A stretch of DNA of 62,342 nucleotides, the filler included, from Platydemus manokwari (taxonomy: Eukaryota), in assembly GCA_037951405.1 (NCBI GenBank). It is 6 parts of 6 records of this genome, joined end to end, with 100 filler letters (N's around TTAATTAATTAA, not from the genome) between each part and the next. Parts side by side here need not be neighbours in the genome. Positions count along the whole stretch, not along the records: positions 31,780 to 42,524 come from JBBMOY011108886.1; positions 42,625 to 51,893 come from JBBMOY011274095.1; 4 more parts are not named here. One strand, given 5' to 3'. The position numbers were made by a program, and so were the translations under genes. This document shows, piece by piece, positions 38,201 to 51,993 of this stretch; positions within the stretch are counted from its first letter, which is position 1, and each line of letters opens with the position of its first letter. The notes under the pieces are model-generated. The model had not been told where the DNA came from and did not search any database. It worked only from the letters and a program-made list of their open reading frames with translations.

Positions 38201-39161
38201 ATATTTCCATAATTCTTTATCGCATAGAATTTTTCAATGATATGCTCTACAATAATGTTTATTCTTCAATTGCGATTTCACTGAAATTATCAATGATCAT
38301 AAAATATAATATTTGGCATCAACTAATATTACACCAATATATATCATGTTTAATCTTACTGATAATGAAAATAAATCCTCAACTTCTGGCTCAGTGTATT
38401 GATAATTTCATATACATTACATCAAAAAGTAATTTGATAATGGGTTCGATTTAAAATGTTGTATTATCAATGAATTTAGTTTAAGCTTTTCAAATATTGC
38501 CGCATTGGTGAGTATATGTTGTGAATTTGGTGTCGAATTTTAATCCTATCCTATTAATGCATTATCTCGGAAAATAGGATTTAAATGGAATTGAAAACAG
38601 CTTTGATATTTGAAAAAACATTGCTGATAAAATCAAGGTTGAATTGGTTACGCCATTACTATTTTTTAGAATAAAATGTTAATGATTATGATAAATGTGG
38701 TATGAACTAATAATTATCTGGCAATATCAATGTATTTCCAACAAACAAAACTGCAATGAGTTTTGTTAACGATAGCCTTGTTAAAATATTGATATAATCA
38801 GTTGAAAGAACATTATGATATCTTATATTGAAACAGTTTAATATTGAAAAATTTGTCAATATTCACACCAATTATGCAAGAGATTTGATTCTATGTAGTT
38901 CTTTAATCTTCACTAATTCTTGTAAAACATTGCATTATTTTCAATAATATTGGATTTTTATATTTAATTTATTGATGGTTTTAGATGCTATTATTTTCGA
39001 ATTATAACTCCTAAACTTTTCCCGTTTGCAATGGAAAGTATATCAATACAGAAAACTAAACAATGCTTTTTAAAACATGTATTTATCGTAAAAGTAAATA
39101 ATGACCACTCAGTTTAAATCAATCGAACAAATGAGTTTTCTGGAGATCAGGATCATCATCA

Positions 39162-39371
39162 TCATTTTCCATAACGCATACTGTTACCAATTGATGAATC
39201 CATGTTTTCTGCTGGTTTAAATTCATATGGATTGATATATTGATATGCCGAAGACGCTAGAAAATTTCGTCGTGGGCTTCTGTATCCTCTTTGGTAATAA
39301 CCACTAGGAGAAGCACATATCATCATAATCCCCACAAAAAACAACAGCACAATGAATTGATTTTTCGTCAT
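39162..39371 (-). CDS. Secreted neuropeptide precursor (69 aa) predicted to yield a C-terminally amidated ...SMRY-amide peptide
   Basis: True ATG at 39371. Signal peptide MTKNQFIVLLFFVGIMMICA, dibasic RR site and terminal RY-G-K-stop amidation/cleavage signal. Confidence 0.75.
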   Translation of the reverse strand: MTKNQFIVLLFFVGIMMICASPSGYYQRGYRSPRRNFLASSAYQYINPYEFKPAENMDSSIGNSMRYGK

Positions 39372-42300
39372 AGGTAATGAATTGATAAAAGAAGCTGTCC
39401 GGATTTTATAGGTGATAGATTTGGATAGCACCAATCAGAGTAGATATTCGAATAGCTAATCAAATCTTACTATTTCCTGGTATTCTAAGTTACATATATT
39501 TTACTGGATGATAAAATCAACTGTTGGGTTCTGCAAATTAATCATTTTTGTTGACAAATGATTTCGCAACTTCAAAACCAATAGGTTTGTATTTAAATCT
39601 ATCACAAACTCTTCAAATAATTATCCAGCCGGTACTGCGTTAAAGAGAGGCAATCTTTACTACTTATTAGGAAATTTACCAGAATTATGATAGAAATAAA
39701 TTGTATTTTGTTCAAATTATTATTCATATTATGTGAACCTCCAAAGCATTTCGTTTAATAAATACAAATATCATAATCTTACATCTTCATGTCGATATTT
39801 TTCTCTATAGTCATAACATGTGATTAAACTATCGCTCCGTAATATTTGATTTTATCTTTGAAACAATGTAATTATATATGCATAACATATATTAAATGTC
39901 AGTATTCATTATTCTGAAAATTAACTTGATTCCAAATTTTTCCAAAAACGATGATGTTTACGTGTTGTGATTTGAAAAGTTCGATATTGATGTAATGATT
40001 TTGTCATTAAAAATTTTAAATGAAAAATTCTAAGTAAAGCAAAAACATTAATGATCATTATCTGAAAATGTGAGTTCTTTCGTTAAATTATTTGCTACAA
40101 AACTTGAATTTCTAGCAGTGTGCTTCTACTAATCTTCCATATAGATTGACAAACCTTGAAAGTGGGATTACTTATACAGATAAAATCTCCTCTCATATTC
40201 TCGCCATTGCTTAATCATTAGGATTAATCGAATACTTTCTTTTTCTTTATCTCTACACACCTACTATTATTTTTGAAACTATTAATCATTAAATCATTGG
40301 AATCATGGTAGAGTGATTTTCTCAGTTTACAGTGATGATTTATCAATTCATTTATCTTGACATGAATATGAAATTATTTGTTTCATAAACCGAACTTCGG
40401 TTAAATTTTTGTTTTAAAATCAACGAAAATATGAGAAACCTAAAATTTGATATGTAAATAAAATTCAAAATTTTGCATAATGGCATACATAAGGGGTGGA
40501 ATTTTCTCAAAAATATAACTAAATATATTTTAATTTTTCAATTCGAATTCCATTTATTAGAACCATTGAATACAAAAAGTTGTTTTTTTGTATTTCGTGG
40601 TCAAATTCATAACGATCAGAATTAAATTATAACTACCCGAAATGGAGATTAACTTTGTATATGTATCATGAAATTGCAAATAATATTTTATCCATCACGT
40701 AATAAAAAATAAAAATTAGAAAAAAATAGGAATCTTAATCTAGCATGCTTATATAGATTAATATTCTTGATTAAATTATTTATTAGGATACATAACATTA
40801 TAGTTCATGCAACTCATGTTCACGAATGTAATGATTAATATTATTGACCAGGATTACTAATAGATTATTATTAATATCAATGTAGTTTGTTTTAATTATT
40901 TAAAAATAGATTTGTGATTCGTATTGAAATTAAAAGAAATCTCAGCCAAACGTTTTTTTTTAATAATTAACTTCCTTTTTTCATTTTACAAAACGACTGA
41001 CAAGAAACTGGGATTGATAACAAATGTAGTTCAAAATTCGAAATATTCTCTTGAAAAAAAGTTAATTCAAGGATATGCTCGAAGCTATCAGTAAATTAGA
41101 ATGGAACAATTTGGTAGCTTTAAACGTTTTTAGATAATATTATTGAATTGGTGAAAGAATATTTCGGTTAATTCTCTTGTTTTTGAACATAAAGTGATTC
41201 CCGATTCGAGAAACAAATCAATTCAATAATTGATATGGTTTTTACAAAATATTTCTTGAGACTGGATAAATCAAAATTGTCTTGTAGTGATTGGAACATG
41301 GTATTAATAAAAAAACAATTCTGCTTATAATTTTAATTATAAAGTAATTCATTAAAATCTTACGACATTTCAGTAGGAAATTGTAAATAAAGAAACAGAT
41401 ATATCCAATGAAAAAATTCAATGATTTATGTGTTATGTTCTTGATTTTGTGAGATCTCGCCTTCAAATTTTTGATTAAAAATGAAAAACTGTGATTATTA
41501 ATCTTGATAAAATCAATTTTTCGATAAGTAATTAAGTGAAATTGTTTTGTTTATAAATTTAAATTTTCTAATTTTGCTTATCCATGTTTAATTTTTACAA
41601 TTTTTCTTATAAAACATGTTTGGGGAAAGAAATGGGACATGACTACCTATTAACATGAAAATTGAATAAGAATCGACCATACGTTCTGATATTATGAAAT
41701 TTCGATTAGAATGGAATAGAATAAATTTATTAAATACATGTTGTGGTGAAATGTTGTATTTTAGTTAGCAACTGGTTCTAGAGGACTTCAGTGACTATGT
41801 GGTTGATTGTTGCAACAAGGATTGCAGCAATTTGGGTTATTGCTGAACTTACACAATAATTAATCGAGATATTAATATTATCTGATGTGTATAGATATTA
41901 ATAACAACGATGACTTGCATTAATAATTTTTATAAGAAACAAGACAAATTAACAAGATATAAAAGAACAATATAGTATGGAAGAATACTTAACGCACAAC
42001 TCAAGTAGTTGGCTGTTCAATATTCACAAGATAGATATTGGAGAACCAAATGCAGGCGACCAATGTTATGAATTGATAAGAGATTAATTAAATTAGTTAT
42101 TTATTAATAGTGAAAATCTGATTATGATAGTGCTTATTAAAAGGTCAATCACTCACAAAAAATCAGTAAACCTCCTTTTTTATTAGATTATATACTATTC
42201 TTAAGTAAGTCATAGGTCCTGTTCTCTTAGATTAAAAAATGTTTTAACAGGTGAATGTTATAAACTGCACTATCCTTATATACACTTTTTAACAGATGTT

Positions 42301-42454
42301 ATCACTGGTAATGTCTCGGTTTATTTTTTTCAAATTTCCATTTTAAGGACTCAGCATATTTTTGTTTTACCATTTTAATGTAGGGGATACTATTTTTATT
42401 TGTTTATATCGGATCAAGTTGGTTTTATTCGCTTCTTTTGTTATCTTATAATTA

Positions 42455-42455
<1 letters not shown>

Positions 42456-42524
<69 letters not shown>
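42456..42524. repeat. (ATT)n microsatellite at contig end
   Basis: Perfect trinucleotide run abutting the linker. Confidence 0.97.
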
Positions 42525-42624
42525 NNNNNNNNNNNNNNNNNNNNNNNNNNNNNNNNNNNNNNNNNNNNTTAATTAATTAANNNNNNNNNNNNNNNNNNNN
42601 NNNNNNNNNNNNNNNNNNNNNNNN
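42525..42624. other. Artificial assembly linker
   Basis: Same 100-bp spacer. Confidence 0.97.
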
Positions 42625-45600
42625 AGTTATATAATTAAGTCAATAATTTTGGTTCATTAAAACACCAATTAAAATGATTTTCTTACTTCATTCTGAACAA
42701 ATTTAAACGAGGATAAGCTATTTCTAGAAAGAATTATTGACTGAAACATTCAAGAATAATTTATCTACCTTCCACCAATATAAACAATGCCATTGATTTC
42801 TTTCATCATTGAGTAACCCTTACGATATTCTTGGACTGTTAGTTGTATATAAACAAAACATAAATAAAACAGAATAACTTAATAATGATATACTTGATGA
42901 AGAGCAAAATAATAGAAAAACAATTGTTGAAACATACATCATTATAAAATTAATTCTGAAATTCGTTTAGAATAATAATCAGGAATTTCGATAGTTATAA
43001 TCAAATAGTATCGAATTAATTCTGCATAGCTAATTAGGATTTCGATCCAATCAGGTATCTCGTGTTTATATTATTCAGCATAATCTGAGTTAAATATGCA
43101 AGGACCGAGATTTCAATTTCTGTGATTCGATTTCACTTGACAACTTGAATATAAATATTCGATCAATTATTGTGAATGTTATTTACATGGTCTTTAAATT
43201 AACAATTCCACTTCGATTGTTTTTATAATTTATTTACTTTCATACAAATAATTATCATAAATATTAATTATTGTTTAAAAAGGAAAATTTAAAAAAATAT
43301 TCATAGTAGACCAATTAAAATTAACTAGACAGAATAAATTTAAAGAATAAATAAATCATAATATTAGATAAAAAATGGCAGTTTATTATATTTATTTGGC
43401 TAGTAATAAATAATTCCAAAAAGCATAATGATACTGTATCTTATCCATGTTAGAAAATCATTATGTATATAATATATATGTTCGATTTTGGGGTCAGTCT
43501 CTTTTTGTTTTACTATTTTCTATGATATTTGAATTTGTTTGGGCAATAACATAGTCTTATCAGTCTCACGGAGTTCTTATAACCCCAGGTATCAACTAAA
43601 CCTATTGTCTTATGATCTTTCTTCGCCTTGACCGTATCAATCCTCGTATGAAGACGGGTTGAACGACTCAATGATATTGGATTATATTTTATCAGTCTCA
43701 AATTATTGTTATTATTATTTGCCTCTTTACCCCTTCTAAAAAGGTGGTGAATTGACAATGTAATGATTCTTTACAGATAATGAGATGATACTTAGGGCAC
43801 TCGCCAAAATTCAAAAAGAATTCGCTTATGTGTATGCACTTTTATTATTATAAAATTACAAAATAAAATGGGTACTTTTATAAGACTAGTTATGGTTATA
43901 AATTACTACTTTTATACAATTACCTATGGTTAAATATGAACGATACTTGTATACACTTAAACGAACAGAGTTTTGCTACAATTCTGGACAAAAGTTCCGG
44001 TTAACAATGTTCCCGATAGAAGTAGAACCGATTACTCAAGATGGTTGGGATTAACCCGATAAATAGGAAGAATATACGTTTTGGGTATAAATTAACGATG
44101 ATTTTACAGGTATTGTATCTTATTCGCTCTTTGGTATCGTATCAATCAAGTCGAATATCAATATTTAAATTGATCTTCCAGATGAACTGACATATAATTG
44201 ATACAAGGGAAAATTGGCTTTGGCTTGGCTTTCTTCGGCAACGAATTCGAATAATTGATTACGGGCACACTATGCTAGTGGTTTCTAATAATAGGGTAAG
44301 GCTATTAATGTTGAGAGTATATTTATATGGGTTTTTATTGGAACTGAATTTTGATTAAAATGTGGGTTCTTTTCATTTTTTCGAATGAACTTTCTTTTGA
44401 TGTGGGTTGATATTGTAATATGCGGGTGGAAAATGATGTTTATTATATTTTAATAAAGGAAATTTATTTCTATTGATGCTCATTTTTGTTGCCTGCCAAA
44501 TTTTATTTATATTTATGATTCTATATATACAAATGGCCATTGATCGTTGCTCCGAAACTATAATCATTATTATTAATAAATGAAGTATAATTATAATTAA
44601 GTAATTAAATCAAAAATTAAAACAACATGATAATGACAATAAAATATATTGGCGAGGTCGAACACATAGAATACTTTTAAATATATTAAGAAGACAAATC
44701 TTAAAATATTTTCACTGGTATAGTGTGACATCTATTACTAATATTTACTGATGCGAAATATCAAAAATATTATTAGAAATAACATTATGATACAGAAAAC
44801 TAAATAGTCAAACAATTACGATTAGGAATAGTCAAATAAATAATCAATACGCAGCACCCGAAAGTTACACAGTGATTATGATAACAACCATAAAGACTAG
44901 TTGCTAGAAAATCACATTAGTTACGAGAAATAACATTTGCCTACCAAAAAAGATCCAATTCCTTTTATATTTTTTATGTTAAATAGGCGAAAAAAAACAA
45001 ATAAAACATTCAAGGAAACCATGGAAATAATCCTCAAAAGGTTGAAATGCACAAAGACTCTGATTGTTCAAGATAACGACTTTTTGATTTTCTCTGACTG
45101 TCATAATCTCTGATTTTATGTTGGCTGACTTGTCTAGCACAAAGACAAATTTAGTTGGATAATTAATCGGGATGAAATAATAATTAAGGAAATTCAAACA
45201 TTTCCGAACGCTGGAAAAAGGTTTTTGAAATTTCATGATTTTTATATTAAATATGCTTATCCTTTCAGAGAAGGATTCCATAAATAAATTTGCATATTTA
45301 ACATACAGTGTATCTAAAAGTATGAAATTTTTCGCATCAAAAATAATTTTAATCAAGGATGCTTATTTCAAAATGTATCAAATTGAATTTACTACTTTCA
45401 GTAATTTGTTTGATTTGCACAATGTTTATTCATGCAATATTTAAAATAAATAAAATGAAAAAATGGAGAAAATGTTTTCAATTATTTTAAAATAATAAAA
45501 ATTAAATAAATAGTTGAAAGTATTAATAAAAGGTAAAAGGAAACAGTAGAAACTAATTAAATTTTATTTCATTGACTAAATAAATAAATTAGAATGCGTT

Positions 45601-45704
45601 TTAATAATGCAAAATCTGGCATAATTTAAACTTTTTTATTTAATAATAATTTGTTTAACATAAATTATAATAATATTTTACTATTATTTTAAGCAATACT
45701 AATT

Positions 45705-48700
45705 ATGACTTTAACTCTTGATAAAACTAATCGATATGATAGACAAATTCGGTATATTTTTTATTTCAATAACTTTGGAATTTCATGTATTAGATTGTGG
45801 GGCGAAAATGGGCAAATTGCTTTGGAAAATGCTAAAGTTTGTCTCATTGGATCGGGATGTATAGGAAGTGAAATTCTTAAAAATTTGATATTACCAGGTT
45901 AATGCTCTTCATGGTTGTTCTTCATTGTTTTGTCGGTTATCAGGTATTGGAAGTTTCACTATAATTGATGATGCTGTTGTAACAGAGGAAGATTTGTCGA
46001 ATAAGTAACTTTGAAAAATTATTTAAATGATTTAAGATGAAATAATACGCATTATTGTAAATTTAATTCTAGATTTTATAAATTTGTATAAACAATTTAA
46101 TGTTTAATAATTTTCAAAGGATTTTTAATTTTCTTTGTTAAATATTTTTAAAGTTTTATTAATTCTTTCAGCTTTTTCATTCAAGAATCCGATCTCAATC
46201 AGGTTTATACTTATTTAAATAAATTAACTGAAAATTAATTTAGTCGAGAGCCGAATCGACAGCGAGATTGTTGAGAGAACTGAACGAAGATGTTATCGTA
46301 AATCATATCGATGATGTGAGTTTGTATATTTTGGATTGTTGTTGTGATGTTGATTGCAGTCTGTCGAATCACTCATGAGTCGGAAGCCGGAATTTTTCCT
46401 GGAATTCTCTGTCATTATAGCGTGCGGATTGAATAATAAGTAATAGTTTTTCGTTGAGTTGTTGTTAACATCCAACAATGAACTTTCAGGGATCTTGTCG
46501 ATCTCGATCGATTGTTATATCCAGAAAATATCGGTTTGATCGTTTGTTATTCTGTCGGAATGGTGGCCAATTTAAGGGTCATCATCAAAGAACATCCAGT
46601 TCTCGAAGCCAAGCCTGACAATGTGAGAACTGATCTCCGTTTAGATCGACCGTTGATAGAATTCATGGAATTATGTGAAAGGGAAAATCTCGACGAAATG
46701 AATCACAAGGTTGATTGGTTTGTTATTACGCTTCATTGAACATTGTTAACGACGATTTGCCATCTCTCATACAGGATATTGCCCATTGTCCATGGATTGT
46801 TATTCTGTACAAATATCTGCAACAATTCCAAGCCGAGGTAGACATTGTGTTGGTTGATTGGATGGTGTTTAAGATCACGTTTTGTAGGTTGGTCGATGGC
46901 CGGATTCATATAAGGACAAACAATTGTTGCGAACAATGATCATTGAAGGTAGGTTGGAGAGTGTCCTTGTTGGTGTTTATTTGTCTTGTCAATTCTCGTT
47001 TTTAATTGATCTGGGAAATAATTTTTCAACCCGATATGATCCATTGATTCCTCCTTATTTAATCAACTAGATTTCCACATTAATGACTTTAGCGGACCCC
47101 ATTGTCGATCCTCCATTTTCCTTCATGTATAATGATTATTTTATTATTGTAATTGTTTTCGTTTTTAATTATTACCATGGCTATTGCTATCATTATTGGT
47201 TTGTGGTGCCATATTGTAAGAAATGTGATAATAAGCCTTTGACGTCACTGTGCTAAATTATCAATAATCGCACTTAATCAATTATTAACCTCACTGTTGC
47301 TCTGATCAGCTTTCCTTGTTAAATTCAGAGATAATATTGATTCCGTGTGTGATTTATAAAGTGGGTAAACGTTGAACACACAATTTGTCTCAATCAACTC
47401 GTCTATCAATTGATATCAGCCAATGAAATACCGGTACAGCAAATGTGTATGACAAATCGCTGATAACAAATGATGAGTGATGTACGTTTCGAATTGGAGT
47501 CTGTGTGTATGTTTTGAGGGCACAAAACTATCGATCATCAACATAATTTGTTTCATTGAAATTATTGAATTGTCACCATGGTAATATCCAAGCTTGACTA
47601 TTTAATCACAGTTTATACAAGGCCTGAGACAAAGTGTTGTTTTGTGGCTAATATAGTAATGAGATTCGTAAAATTGTATCATGTAACAATGGTCCCATAT
47701 TCGGTAATTCTTGCAATAAATCGAACACATGTTACGGCACATTGATCAAATCCGGTTCTCTATCTTTTATGTAAACAATTTATTCTCTATTTTTATTGGC
47801 TACAGAAGCTTGACATTCTCAATTTTTTCACCTAGGCTTGTCTTGATCGAATTATTGATTATTTCAGGAGGAGAACATTATCAAAAACTGACTGCATCCA
47901 AAGAAGATGTTTCTCACACGGAATATTTCGATAGTTTCGATGAGGCATTGAAGGCTCTGTCTACAGCTGTGATTCGCAGTGAAGTATTTATGGAAAATGG
48001 TAACCCAGAGGTAATAGCAAATTTTTAGATTCCGTCCGGTGTTCGAGCTTTGTTGGAGGACTCACGATGTATCAATATCAATAGAGAGGTATTGATTGGT
48101 TTTATAAAATTACAGGAATAACATCAATCAATATCGATCAGTCACGCTCCTTCTGGGTGTTGGTAGCAGCTCTGAGAGATTTCGTCAAGCATGAAGGGGG
48201 AGGTCTTCTTCCATTGAGAGGAGACATACCAGATATGACTGCAGATACCGAGCGATATGTTAAGATTCAGAAGATTTATCGTGCTGCAGCCGAGAAAGAT
48301 GTTATCAACTTGGAGAAACACGTTCATCGCCTGTGCCAGACATTCGAAATTCCGGTTTGATGATTTTGATTTGATTGTGCTTGTATGATATATTTTCAGG
48401 TGACAGAAGCATTGACCAGAATCAATATTCAACGATTCGGTAAAAACTTTATTAAATTCTTTCTGCCTTATATTTAACCGAATATCTTGGAGATGAGGGG
48501 AGGGGGGTTCAAGCAGCTAGATGCGCTTTGTTTTCATTGACTGCCTAACTACTGACAAATAATAAGTAACTCGTTTTGCGCTTCTGAAATAGCGGAAATC
48601 ATGCCATTTATTTAACATTAATGTCTCTCATAGCTCGAAACTGCCAAAACATCCAAGTCGTCTCCTCGTATTCACTGGAGCGTGAACTGAAAACGTCACC

Positions 48701-49135
48701 GACACACACCGATGAATTGGGTAAATTATCCGTGTCCGTTTCCAATATTTTTCATATCAACCTCATCTAGTCTGTCCCGAAACAAATGAGCTTTCATGGT
48801 ATTTGACGCTGCGGGCGGCAGTGTCGTTTTTAACTGTGGAACGACGTTGGCCCGGCCAGTTGCAGACTCATGGAGAAATCGATGTTCCTCATCTGCGTAA
48901 ACTCCTCCAACAGGACCTCAATGCTTGTGCTAAGTTGAAAGATGCTTCTGTGAAAGATGATTTTCTTCTGGAGATGTGTCGATTTGCAGGCATCCAATTG
49001 CATTCCGTTTGCTCATTCATTGGCGGGGTGGCGGCACAAGAAGTCATTAAGCTGATAACCAGCCAATATGTGCCTGTCATGCAACCGTTAATGTACAACG
49101 CTATCAATCAAACCACAAATCTCATCGATATTTAG
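45705..49135 (+). CDS. NAE1: NEDD8-activating enzyme E1 regulatory subunit (APPBP1/Ula1). 15 exons, approx: 45705-45751, 45794-45897, 45944-46004, 46172-46202, 46244-46315, 46360-46439, 46490-46709, 46775-46837, 46888-46948, 47868-47983, 48029-48088, 48142-48354, 48400-48439, 48634-48720, ~48771-49135
   Basis: Hallmark motifs [82 protein letters not shown] and [26 protein letters not shown], joined through GT-AG introns. Confidence 0.96.
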
Positions 49136-49920
49136 CTATTCTGATGCAATTTAATCGATATTTATATCATGCATTGTTTCTATTGGTTGATAATATTAAA
49201 TAATATATTTTCATCACCATCTCATTTTATTGATTTATGATATTTATGATGACAATTTGTGTCGAGATTGAGTTGTTAAGAATGTTTGCTTATCGAATTG
49301 ATTTCTCAGCCATATGAAAATTCATCTATTGGAACACTTTGATTGCGTGTTTATTTCTGTTGGGTGTGCTTGTATCGATTTTAATATAAAATTGATGTAA
49401 TTTTAAATTCCTATAAAATAGCTGATGTATTGAGATGACCACTCAAAACCAAGATCATTGCAAATGGTGATTTGTTAAAATAATAGCTGAACTTTGTTAT
49501 GAAGTCCTTGTGTACAAAAATGCGGACTGTTGCTATGTGTGGCTTATATTTTCAATTTCTAAAACAGCCTTACCACTGATTCACGAAAGGAAAATGAAAC
49601 TGAACACTGTAATTCATGAAGTCAATAAATATTGATATTGATAGTTCAGTAAGAATCTGTTGAAATTTGGCTAAATCAAAAGTTTATTATTTTATTGATC
49701 ACTTGCGAATAAGTAAAAATCAAAAAACATAAGTAACGAAAACTCAAAAGAAAAACGATTATTTTAAGACTAAGCATTTGCAACACCACACAACATTAGA
49801 CTCAGCAACCAACCAATCACAGATAACTTAAATGAAAATTTTTAATTCGAAAATTGGACATATCCACACAGTAATACACACAAGGATTCACCGATTTCGA
49901 GTACACAAAATCGATAAATC

Positions 49921-50101
49921 CAATTGGAACTTGAGAAATAAAAGATCAAATCAAAATGTGATATCAAAAATGACATATTAATCTTACGTACAAATATCAT
50001 GTAAAGATCCCCAACTACCAGTTGGAAGCCAAGTCTTATGTTGCTGTTTTATTTTGATTGAGTTTTAGAGTCATTTGTGTACGTACTGATTAGTACGTTT
50101 T
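49921..50101 (+). repeat. Dispersed repeat, second copy at ~59870-60052
   Basis: Shared blocks TTGAGAAATAAAAGA, GTAAAGAT.CCCAACT.CC.GTTGGAA.CCAAGT.TTATG and TTGAGTTTTAGAGTCATTT. Confidence 0.85.
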
Positions 50102-51893
50102 CGTGCAAAACAGAGTCAAAAAAAGGACAGCATTCTCGACGAAATATGGTCAAAATTGTTTTACAAGAATGTCATTATGGTCACAGCAGTACCATGTACC
50201 CTCTAAGAACTAATAAAAGTATTGGAATATATGAGAGAAAGGGGGAAATTAAGTACTTATGTCTAGTTTTAGGGGTTTTAGTTTGTTGATTTATTATTAT
50301 TGATTATTTTAATTATCACTATCTAAGTCTTCATCTGTCTATTATGTCGTTTTGATCACCAAATGGTAATTAGACCTTTATTTAATGTTTTTTTCGGCTA
50401 TACGTTCTCGACATATATGGAGATCAGTAGGACGATGTAGATAAAAATTTTATTAATTTATTCTATCAATGCCTCTTTAATTGTCTCACCTGTAATGTTA
50501 TCGATTCTTTATCAGTCCCTTTTATTTCAAATTTAATCCAAAGTACTTCGAAAAGATAATGAATGACAGTGAGGTATTAATTAAATAATTTATGAATTCT
50601 AATGTCCAACTGCCAAATGATCCACAGGACTCGTTCTAATGATACAACTTTTATTATGATTAAAAATACAAACCCAATGCTTTTGTATAACTAATATTTT
50701 TTGTACCACACTAAGTGATTAAATTTATGTGCAATTTAGGGTAACAAGTCGTCGACCAATAAGCCCCTTCGTCGTGCAAGTGTTTTTTCAAGATATTTGA
50801 GCTTCTCTCGATAAATAGGAAGAATATAGCATATACATATTTAAATATTTGATTTTACACGAATTATCTTACGTATTTGTTCAATGACTGCAAATTAGAA
50901 TATTAATATCCTCTGCATGTGGAATTACATGACTTGACCTGTTAGGAGAATTGACTCTGCTTTTACAAATTGCACGAATGATTTTCTTGAATAAATCAAT
51001 GGGCGATTTAGTCGTTGTTTCTAATAAGGGCAAAGGCACTGGTTATTAGTGGTCTTATGTACTGATTCCGAGCCAAGGAAAATAATGGATGATCATTAAA
51101 AATGGAGGCTGCATTTCCGGTTTAATTTTTATCCTTATATTAATGCTATGGGTTGAATAGAAATACGATTCTCATTGGATTTTATTCTTCCTATTATCGG
51201 GTTAATAGGTTGATTCTAAAATTCACTGTCAACATTTTTCTGTTAGTGACTATAATACGAGGTTAACTATTATTTTCCAAAGTTAAACCTATTTATTCTA
51301 TCTACCGAATTTATAGTTAATCTTAAATTACCATTAAGCTGATTGACAATTAAATTTATTGAAATTATTACTACTATTATTAACTAAAGTTGTTATTATT
51401 TCCGTTTAAACTATCATTAATCCTATTTTAATAATTATTATTATGATTATTATTTTAAGTTTAGTTTTCAAAATTGTTGCATCCGAAAAGAAATATACCC
51501 AATATAACTATTAATTTACTACTGACACTTAAAATCACTTAAAATGCAGGTAGTAGTTTTTCAAAGAGTCAGCTTTTTGGAAACTAACATTTCACTTGTT
51601 CTTTTCGATTGATTTTGAGTTTCTGGAAAAGTTATTCTTGTATACTGCATAGTACTCATTTCTTGGAATTAATTCAGGTGCGTTCATATTCAATCCTGAG
51701 TTTCTATTATTTGTCTCTGTCTTTCTTCTCTTTCAATTACATACTCTAGATAATCCTCAGCCGGCTAATTATCTTATAGGGTTTTTTAAGTTTTAAAATA
51801 AATTTTGCACAATTTTAGATAATTATTTACATGAATAAGAGAATTGTTTAAATAATATTTTCAAATTATTTTCAATTTTTAGTATGTTTGTTG

Positions 51894-51993
51894 NNNNNNN
51901 NNNNNNNNNNNNNNNNNNNNNNNNNNNNNNNNNNNNNTTAATTAATTAANNNNNNNNNNNNNNNNNNNNNNNNNNNNNNNNNNNNNNNNNNNN
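51894..51993. other. Artificial assembly linker
   Basis: Same 100-bp spacer. Confidence 0.97.

Noticed and set aside
44979-45444. ORFs upstream of NAE1
   Set aside because: AT-rich compositional ORFs without motifs.
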